From NCBI GenBank assembly GCA_964486555.1, contig CAZANP010000003.1:1-62568 (forward strand): DNA of 62,568 bases, written 5' to 3'. Position 1 is the first letter of the stretch, and every line of letters begins with the position of its first letter. The DNA is from an uncultured Thermotoga sp. (GTDB lineage: Bacteria > Thermotogota > Thermotogae > Thermotogales > Thermotogaceae). The notes beneath the pieces were generated by a model. That model had not been told where the DNA came from and ran no database searches. It saw nothing but the letters and a program-made list of their open reading frames with translations. A program made the position numbers and the translations under genes. Of this stretch, positions 56,003 to 62,568 are shown piece after piece.

Positions 56003-56824
56003 ATGAAACGGGGGGTTTTGTTCGCAATCATCGTACTGATAGCGGTAATATCCTTTGCAAAATACTTCGTTGTGAATTACGTTGTTCAAAAAGGGGACAG
56101 CATCTGCAGCATCTCTCAAGACTTCGGAATATCACCTTCCACCCTCATAGATTGGAATCCCGATATTATAAAAAGACCTTTAATAACTGGTCAGATTCTC
56201 AGAATTCCCCAACCTGAGGGATACATATACGAAGTTAAGAAGAAAGATACGTTGTCTTCCATAGCGAAGAGGTTCTTCACAACAGTCGAAGATATAATGA
56301 TAGCTAACGACATGAAAAACGCGGTTATCTATCCTGGAGAGAGGATTTTTGTTCCTCTGTCCATCATAGGAAAGGCGTTCAACGATGAACGGGTGTTTCT
56401 CTGGCCGATTTACGGCAAAATATCGTCTCCCTACGGATGGAGAATACATCCGATAACGAAGAGGTTATCTTTCCATACAGGTCTGGATATAGCGGCCCCT
56501 GAGGGAACACCTATTTTTGCAGCTGAAAGTGGAATCGTAACCTTCGCTGGTAAAAAAGCAGGGTATGGTCTTCTCATCATTGTAAAAAGTGGAAAATATC
56601 AGATTCTCTACGGTCATCTCTCAAGGATCTGTGTTTACAACGGTCAATTCGTCAAGAAAGGTCAGTTGATTGGAAGGGTGGGGAATACCGGTTTGAGTAC
56701 GGGGCCTCACCTTCACTTTGAAGTTAGAATCGAGGGAAAGCATACCAGTCCCATTGCATACCTGCCTTCTTCGAGAAGAATGTACGTTCTCAAGAAAAGT
56801 CAATACGGGGTTGGTGGTAAGTGA
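56003..56824 (+). CDS. LysM-domain M23 family metallopeptidase
   Basis: 273 aa. Signal/TM segment, two LysM repeats (YVVQKGDSICSISQDFGIS; YEVKKKDTLSSIAKRF) and M23 motifs HTGLDIAAPEGTPI and GPHLHFEV. Confidence 0.9.
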   Translation: MKRGVLFAIIVLIAVISFAKYFVVNYVVQKGDSICSISQDFGISPSTLIDWNPDIIKRPLITGQILRIPQPEGYIYEVKKKDTLSSIAKRFFTTVEDIMIANDMKNAVIYPGERIFVPLSIIGKAFNDERVFLWPIYGKISSPYGWRIHPITKRLSFHTGLDIAAPEGTPIFAAESGIVTFAGKKAGYGLLIIVKSGKYQILYGHLSRICVYNGQFVKKGQLIGRVGNTGLSTGPHLHFEVRIEGKHTSPIAYLPSSRRMYVLKKSQYGVGGK

Positions 56825-57276
56825 AAATTCTTGTTAGTGCATGCCTTTTGGGACTTCCAACAAGGTTCGACCTTCTATCAAAACCGTGTGAAAAAATCCT
56901 GAACCTTTTAGAAAAGCACGTAATCATACCTGTCTGTCCAGAGCAATTGGGAGGCCTTGGAACACCAAGGCCTCCTTCTGAAATTCAGGGAGGGAAAGGA
57001 TGGAATGGTGAAGAAAAGGTGATCAACGCCAGGGGTGAAGACGTGACGGAGAATTTCGTAAGAGGAGCGGAGTTAACAGTCAAAATAGCAAAACTTCTAG
57101 GAGTAGATCTTGTCATCTTGAAGTCTGGAAGTCCCTCATGCGGAGTTCACAAAGTTTACGACGGCACGTTCACCGGAAATCTAGTGAAAGGTTCAGGAGT
57201 GACAGCGTGGTTTTTAAAGAAGGAAGGGTTTCATGTTATTGACGAGAACGACTCACTTCTCGATGATCTCGTATAG
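56821..57276 (+). CDS. DUF523 family protein (thiouracil desulfurase-like)
   Basis: 151 aa. Contains ILVSACLLG...R, PVCPEQLGGLGTPRPP and SPSCG motifs. GTGA overlap with the upstream gene. Confidence 0.8.
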   Translation: MKILVSACLLGLPTRFDLLSKPCEKILNLLEKHVIIPVCPEQLGGLGTPRPPSEIQGGKGWNGEEKVINARGEDVTENFVRGAELTVKIAKLLGVDLVILKSGSPSCGVHKVYDGTFTGNLVKGSGVTAWFLKKEGFHVIDENDSLLDDLV

Positions 57277-57825
57277 TTTGAAGGCAACCTCGTGAGATCT
57301 TCTGGTTATCTCATCGAGATCTCCTCTGAAAGCACTTCCAAAGATCTTGGTCGTGTATATGAACGAGAACTTGGAGAGTAGATACTTCACATTTTCTGCT
57401 GCTTCATCGGGAACAGGTACTAGAAGAGATTCCAACCATTTTTCAAACAATCCAAAAGATAGATTCTCTCCTTTCGTGTTTTCAAGAAGAATATTCAAAG
57501 AATTCACAAGATGGTGAAGATGATAATATTTCGATATCCCTTCGATTATGTCCTTCGCGAAATCTTTAGGAAAAGGCCAGGAAATAGGTTCGTGATAGTT
57601 GAAAAAAGCCACACCCGTTCGAACACTGATGGAGTTCAGAACTATTTCTCTCTCCATGTAAGCTTTGCTATCTTTGTAACTCATGAGGAACAATCGCCTC
57701 ATAGTCGCTATTTTTTTGAGATCCATTGGTGACAGGGAGAAACTCCCCGTCTTGGTTTGCGGATCGAGTCTTAAATTCTTCGGCACGGTGTAGAATTCGA
57801 TACCTTTATGAAGTATATGGAGCAA
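57253..57825 (-). CDS. hypothetical protein
   Basis: 190 aa. Overlaps the hemW end by 20 nt. No recognisable motif. Confidence 0.5.
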   Translation of the reverse strand: MLHILHKGIEFYTVPKNLRLDPQTKTGSFSLSPMDLKKIATMRRLFLMSYKDSKAYMEREIVLNSISVRTGVAFFNYHEPISWPFPKDFAKDIIEGISKYYHLHHLVNSLNILLENTKGENLSFGLFEKWLESLLVPVPDEAAENVKYLLSKFSFIYTTKIFGSAFRGDLDEITRRSHEVAFKLYEIIEK

Positions 57826-59002
57826 ATTTCCACCATCCCTTTTTAGAGAACGTTTCTAGAAGTTCTTCGAATACGTATCTTGATAGATCAAAACCCATTT
57901 CACTTAAGGATATTCTATCACTATGAACGTTGAAATGTTCTCTGAATCTCTCCGCAAATTCTTGTAAAGCTCTGTATCTTTTATCACCGAATTTTTTGAT
58001 GATTTCTTCTTTATACACGCCTTCTCTTAATCTCAAGGACATGAATATCGTTTCAACGAACTCCTCATCATCGTCATTCACTCTTTTGTAACCGTATGGT
58101 ACGATTCCTTTGTTTACCATCTTCATATATTCAGATATGTCACTAACATTGACGTACCTCAATCTACCGATATGCCCCCCGGATGACACCCCTATCCCTA
58201 GATACTCTTCATTCCTCCAATACGATAAATTGTGGATACACTCCTTTCCTTCTCTAGCAAAATTTGATATCTCGTATCTCAGATAACCTTTTTTCTCTAA
58301 AAATTTCAGAAATCTTGTATGTCTTCTCGCAATTTCCTCTTCACTTGGTAGTTTTAAGACACCTTTATCGATCAATCTCCTCAGTGGAGTTTCCTCATCA
58401 ACATCGAGAAGATACAATGAAACATGAGAGGGTGTGTATGTTTCCAACAACCTCATATCCCTCTCTATAGTTTTATCTGTTTCCATCGGTAGTCCCAATA
58501 TGAAATCGATGTTCACGTTCTCGAAATACGTCATCAAAATGGAAAGAGATCTATCGATTTCCTTCGTTCCATGAGGTCTTTTCACCGTTTCAAGGACAGT
58601 ATCATCGAAAGCTTGAACGCCTAGACTTATCCTGTTTATTCCCATTTCAAGATAGTGAAGGACTTTCTGAATGGTAACACTATCCGGGTTCATCTCCAGT
58701 GTTATCTCAACAGGTTCATACACACTGGATAATTTTTCCAATTTTTTCAGGATCTTTTCAATGTAGCGCTCCGGTACGAAGTTTGGAGTGCCTCCTCCGA
58801 AATAAACCGTTTTCACCCCCCTGCTATTTAAAAGATGGGAATACATCTCGAGTTCTTTCAGCACAGCTTCAAAGTACTCTTCAATATGAGGAAAGTTGAT
58901 ATAGGAGACGAAATCGCAGTACAGGCATTTGGATTTACAGAAAGGTATGTGGATGTACACGCAAATATCAGAATTCGACTCCTGCAAACCACCTTTTTTC
59001 AT
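57806..59002 (-). CDS. hemW: radical SAM heme chaperone HemW (oxygen-independent coproporphyrinogen oxidase-like)
   Basis: 398 aa. Contains YIHIPFCKSKCLYCDF (CX3CX2C), GGGTPN and a HemN_C-like C-terminus. Confidence 0.9.
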   Translation of the reverse strand: MKKGGLQESNSDICVYIHIPFCKSKCLYCDFVSYINFPHIEEYFEAVLKELEMYSHLLNSRGVKTVYFGGGTPNFVPERYIEKILKKLEKLSSVYEPVEITLEMNPDSVTIQKVLHYLEMGINRISLGVQAFDDTVLETVKRPHGTKEIDRSLSILMTYFENVNIDFILGLPMETDKTIERDMRLLETYTPSHVSLYLLDVDEETPLRRLIDKGVLKLPSEEEIARRHTRFLKFLEKKGYLRYEISNFAREGKECIHNLSYWRNEEYLGIGVSSGGHIGRLRYVNVSDISEYMKMVNKGIVPYGYKRVNDDDEEFVETIFMSLRLREGVYKEEIIKKFGDKRYRALQEFAERFREHFNVHSDRISLSEMGFDLSRYVFEELLETFSKKGWWKFAPYTS

Positions 59003-59702
59003 CGTATATCACTCTCACGCTGAAAGGATCATTCAACCTCAAATAGAAACTGGGATACAGCCCTTTTTGTGAAAGCCCAAGGAATAAGTTCAAAGATCCC
59101 TTCACGCCCTTCAAATCGAAATCTTTCCAGAGGCCAAAATCCACACAAAATCCCTTAAACCACCCTACACCAGAGAAAAATCCCTTATCTGCAAACCCAA
59201 CTGAAAAGATCGAATCTCCAAAGTGCATTCCCACGCTCATTCTCGGAATTTTCAGAAGGGCTTTTGAGAAGTTCAACGAATGATGGGATATGTAGGAGAA
59301 ATAATCGCTGGATATGGAATAACCTAGAATTTTCGTGGAGGACCTTCCTTCGTTTATGGCAAAAGCTTTCTCGGATCCGATCGTGTAAAACGTTCTCGTT
59401 TCCGTGGACACAGGGAATGAAGATTTTACCTTCAGATCCATCGATATACTCCAGCTGTTACCGACGGAGAGAGCAAATCTCTTGATAGTCTCTCCTTTTT
59501 TGACCTTTAAAAGAATCAGATTCTTGTAATGAACATCTTTTCTCTCAAATGAGAATCCTAGAGATATTTTATAGTTCCAAATTTCCAGAAACACGCTATC
59601 ACCAACTGACACGAAGAATCCATCTGGATAAAGGAAAAAAGAAGATGCCATCAGAAAGGTTGGAAAAAGAAGGATGATGATCCATGTTCTCATATCATTC
59701 AC
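58968..59702 (-). CDS. hypothetical secreted protein, beta-barrel outer-membrane-protein-like
   Basis: 244 aa. N-terminal signal-like segment [15 protein letters not shown]. Alternating hydrophobic/polar strands rich in aromatics and Gly. C-terminal residue is Phe (AGVEF). Confidence 0.5.
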   Translation of the reverse strand: MNDMRTWIIILLFPTFLMASSFFLYPDGFFVSVGDSVFLEIWNYKISLGFSFERKDVHYKNLILLKVKKGETIKRFALSVGNSWSISMDLKVKSSFPVSTETRTFYTIGSEKAFAINEGRSSTKILGYSISSDYFSYISHHSLNFSKALLKIPRMSVGMHFGDSIFSVGFADKGFFSGVGWFKGFCVDFGLWKDFDLKGVKGSLNLFLGLSQKGLYPSFYLRLNDPFSVRVIYDEKRWFAGVEF

Positions 59703-61146
59703 CTTCCAGAAGTTTCCTTGCTATCTCATTGGCAAGTTTTGGATTAGCTTTCCCTTTCGTTTCTCTCATTACAGCCCCTATGAAGAATCCCATCACACCT
59801 TTCTTTCCCTTCCTGTACTGCTCCACAGCTTTTGGATTTTCTTCCATAGCCTTTTTGATGATACTTTCTATGAGCTTTGGATCATTTATTTGAACAAGAC
59901 CTCTCTCTTCTACTATCTTGGAGGGCATCTTACCTGTCTTGAAAACCTCGGGGAATATTTCCTTGGCGATCTTTATAGATATCTTTCCCTCATCCATCAA
60001 TCTGAAAAGATCTGCAAAATGCTCTGGCTTTATCTTCATGTCTGAGATATCCATGTCCTTTTCCTTCAACTCCCTTAAAAGTTCTGTCATGATCCAGTTG
60101 CTTAGCTCTTTGGGTTTTCTGACGATCTTTACACACTCTTCGTAAAAATTTGCCAGCTCTTTGGTGGAGGTCAGAACCATGGCATCGTATTCTGGTAAAC
60201 CGTATTCTTTCACGAACCTTTCCGCTTTCTGATCGGGAAGCTCAGGTAAGCTTTTTCTAATGTTTTCTATGAATTCCTCCGTGAGAATCACAGGGGGGAT
60301 ATCTGGTTCTGGAAAGTATCTGTAGTCACTTTCTTCCTCTTTTCCCCTCATCGACACGGTTGTCTTCGTTGAGAGATCCCAGCCTCTGGTTTCCCTTTCA
60401 ACATCTTCGCCTTTTTTCATAGCCTCGACTATCCTGTTGTATTCATACTCAAGAGCTTTCTCGACGAATTTGAAGGAATTCATGTTTTTGACTTCGACTC
60501 TGTTGCTCTGCCTTCCCGTCTCCAGATCCACAACGGATATGTTCGCATCGCACCTCAAAGCACCCTTCTCCATGTCTCCGGAACTCACATCGGTGTACCT
60601 CACTATGGATCTCAGTTTCTCCATGAAAACCCTCGCTTCCTTTGGAGAGGATATATCGGGTTCTGTGACTATCTCTATGAGAGGAACCCCACATCTATTC
60701 ATGTCGACGAGACTGTACAAGGCTTTTGTTATGGAATCGCTCTCGTGAATTAGTTTCCCCGCATCTTCTTCTATGTGGAGTCGCCTTATCCTTATCCTCT
60801 TCTTCCCTTCCTCACCCTGTATCTCCACGTATCCATCTTGGGCCAATGGGTAGAAGTACTGCGTTATCTGATAACCCTTCGGTAAATCCGGGTAGAAATA
60901 GTTCTTTCTATCGAACCTTGAGAAAAGATTTATCTTGCAATTCAAAGCGAGAGCCGCTTTCACAGCCAGAACTATCATCTCCTCATTTGGAATGGGAAGA
61001 GCTCCAGGTTGCCCTGTGCAGACCGGGCATATCGCTGTGTTTGGAGGAAGATCGAAGACATCCGCTCTGCAGGAACAGAACGCTTTTGTTCTCGTGGACA
61101 GTTGAACATGTATTTCAAGCCCTATCACAGCTTTGTATCTCATCAT
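59695..61146 (-). CDS. gatB: Asp-tRNA(Asn)/Glu-tRNA(Gln) amidotransferase subunit B
   Basis: 483 aa. Contains [22 protein letters not shown] and a C-terminal YqeY-like tail. Confidence 0.96.
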   Translation of the reverse strand: MMRYKAVIGLEIHVQLSTRTKAFCSCRADVFDLPPNTAICPVCTGQPGALPIPNEEMIVLAVKAALALNCKINLFSRFDRKNYFYPDLPKGYQITQYFYPLAQDGYVEIQGEEGKKRIRIRRLHIEEDAGKLIHESDSITKALYSLVDMNRCGVPLIEIVTEPDISSPKEARVFMEKLRSIVRYTDVSSGDMEKGALRCDANISVVDLETGRQSNRVEVKNMNSFKFVEKALEYEYNRIVEAMKKGEDVERETRGWDLSTKTTVSMRGKEEESDYRYFPEPDIPPVILTEEFIENIRKSLPELPDQKAERFVKEYGLPEYDAMVLTSTKELANFYEECVKIVRKPKELSNWIMTELLRELKEKDMDISDMKIKPEHFADLFRLMDEGKISIKIAKEIFPEVFKTGKMPSKIVEERGLVQINDPKLIESIIKKAMEENPKAVEQYRKGKKGVMGFFIGAVMRETKGKANPKLANEIARKLLEGE

Positions 61147-62564
61147 GCCACCTCCGCCATAGGGAATCTACCATTCTCGTTGTAGGGAGATGATTTTTCG
61201 ACGGTTCTTCCTATTCTGAGAACTTTCGAGTCATCGAATCTCTTACCCATTATCTGAATTCCCACGGGAAGACCTTTAGAAAACCCGAAAGGAATGCTCA
61301 GGGCTGGGAAACCACCGAGATTTGCAGGTATTGTGAATATATCCATGAGGTAATATGTCAGAGGATCCTTTATCTCTCCTATTTTGTATGCAGGTACAGG
61401 AGAAGTTGGTGTCAGGATGGCATCAAAATTTTCAAGAATTTCGTTCATCTCGTCTGAGATCTTTTTTCTAACTCTCTGAGCTTTGTCGAAATACGCTTCG
61501 TAATATGCGGCGCTCAGGGTGAAGGTTCCGAGCATGATCCTTCTTCTAACTTCTTCACCGAACCCTTCGTTCCTGGTCCTCATGTAGGTTTCTTTGAGAC
61601 CCTCTTTTTCTATTCTCAAACCGTATTTGACTCCATCGTATCTTGCAAGGTTGGAACTTGCTTCCGCAGGTGCAATTATATAGTACGTTGCAACAGAGTA
61701 CTTCAAATGTGGCATGCTGACTCTCTCAACACTCGCTCCTAATTTTTCTAAAAGTTTTATAAATTCTTCGAAAGATTCCGCAACGCCATCATCCAACCCT
61801 TGAGAGTAAACTTCATGAGGAACTGCAAATTTCATACCCTCGATTCCATCTTCTATCCCTTCTAAAAAGTTCATTTTTCTGTCGACGGTCGTTGAATCGT
61901 TGGGGTCCTTACCGTATATTATCTCCATGATGATGGCAGCATCTCTAACCGTTTTGGTTATGGGTCCTATCTGATCCAGAGAACTTGCAAAGGCAACAAG
62001 ACCGTATCTTGAGACCAAACCGTAGGTTGGTTTGAACCCGACAACACCGCAGAAAGCTGCTGGTTGCCTTATCGATCCCCCCGTGTCACTACCAAGGGAT
62101 GCTATCACCATACCAGCCGAAACGGCTGCAGCTGATCCCCCACTGCTGCCGCCAGGTACTCTTTCCAGATCCCAGGGGTTTCTGGTCACAAAAAAGGCGG
62201 ATCTTTCAGTACTGGAACCCATGGCGAATTCATCCAAATTCGTTTTACCGACAATAGCAAATCCTGCTTTTTTCAACTTTTTCACGGCAGTTGCATCATA
62301 GGGGGAATCATAATTTCCCAGAATTTTGGAAGCGCACGTTGTTTTCGTACCAAAAACAAGTATGTTATCCTTTATCGCAATGGGAATACCCCAAAACTTC
62401 CCTGTCTCCCAACTGGGATTTTCTACAAGACTGATGAAAGCCTTCACCTTATCATCAAGCTTCTTTATGGTGTCGAGGGATTCTTTGATGAGAGATTTCC
62501 TCCTTTCATCACTGAGTTTGAGAGCCTCTTCTATAGTCAACTCTTTATACGTCAATTCGTTCAC
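61143..62564 (-). CDS. gatA: Asp-tRNA(Asn)/Glu-tRNA(Gln) amidotransferase subunit A
   Basis: 473 aa. Amidase signature [14 protein letters not shown]...[15 protein letters not shown] start at 62564 with GGAG just upstream. Confidence 0.95.
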   Translation of the reverse strand: MNELTYKELTIEEALKLSDERRKSLIKESLDTIKKLDDKVKAFISLVENPSWETGKFWGIPIAIKDNILVFGTKTTCASKILGNYDSPYDATAVKKLKKAGFAIVGKTNLDEFAMGSSTERSAFFVTRNPWDLERVPGGSSGGSAAAVSAGMVIASLGSDTGGSIRQPAAFCGVVGFKPTYGLVSRYGLVAFASSLDQIGPITKTVRDAAIIMEIIYGKDPNDSTTVDRKMNFLEGIEDGIEGMKFAVPHEVYSQGLDDGVAESFEEFIKLLEKLGASVERVSMPHLKYSVATYYIIAPAEASSNLARYDGVKYGLRIEKEGLKETYMRTRNEGFGEEVRRRIMLGTFTLSAAYYEAYFDKAQRVRKKISDEMNEILENFDAILTPTSPVPAYKIGEIKDPLTYYLMDIFTIPANLGGFPALSIPFGFSKGLPVGIQIMGKRFDDSKVLRIGRTVEKSSPYNENGRFPMAEVA

Positions 62565-62568
62565 CTCC

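Noticed and set aside
1-62568. A search for rRNA, tRNA, CRISPR arrays, transposases, integrases, prophage genes or toxin-antitoxin pairs.
   Set aside because: All intergenic gaps are 156 nt or shorter and show no tRNA-like T-arm/acceptor patterns or spaced direct repeats. No ORF has transposase, integrase or phage motifs. The window looks like core chromosome.
62565-62568. Apparent absence of gatC upstream of gatA.
   Set aside because: The window ends 4 nt upstream of the gatA start codon, so the presence or absence of gatC cannot be judged.

Overview
This is a 62.6-kb, gene-dense chromosomal window with about 69 protein genes. No intergenic gap exceeds about 156 nt. Three traits suggest a Thermotogota-like thermophile: Shine-Dalgarno sites of the GGAGGTGAT type, frequent GTG/TTG starts with 4-nt ATGA/GTGA gene overlaps, and Lys/Glu/Ile/Val-rich proteins. 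I cannot confirm the taxon without a database search.

Gene content, left to right:
- A minus-strand peptide ABC-uptake operon with an embedded M20D hydrolase, an AroM-like gene, a DUF1177-like gene and a terminal XRE-cupin regulator.
- sfsA, a ybaK-type deacylase, DUF72, an Smg-like small protein and an EamA transporter.
- glmU-prs-rplY(ctc)-pth.
- A compact chemosensory-like cluster: tandem CheW, CheA lacking a P2 domain, REC-GGDEF and a divergent MCP.
- yqeY and a methyltransferase.
- A BMP-family (nucleoside-type) ABC operon with two tandem binding-protein paralogs.
- A 14-gene minus-strand array with no gap above 13 nt: hypothetical, rlmI-like, glgD, glgC, a tail-anchored hypothetical, a prepilin-like gene, a radical SAM gene, rnfCDGEAB and dprA.
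- murE-murF-mraY-murD-ftsW-murG-murC.
- A minus-strand ogt-PBP1A array followed by two hypotheticals and a phosphoesterase.
- comEB-korB-korC-dgkA-cheB-LysM/M23-DUF523.
- gatA-gatB, a beta-barrel-like secreted protein, hemW and a hypothetical.

I found no rRNA, tRNA, CRISPR array, transposase or integrase. Several ORF-track starts were revised using SD spacing.

The best candidate for an undescribed system is the chemosensory module whose output appears to be a diguanylate cyclase. Secondary candidates are the radical SAM, prepilin-like and tail-anchored trio translationally coupled to rnf, and the two unknown genes coupled to PBP1A. All domain calls come from motif recognition by eye and need profile searches.
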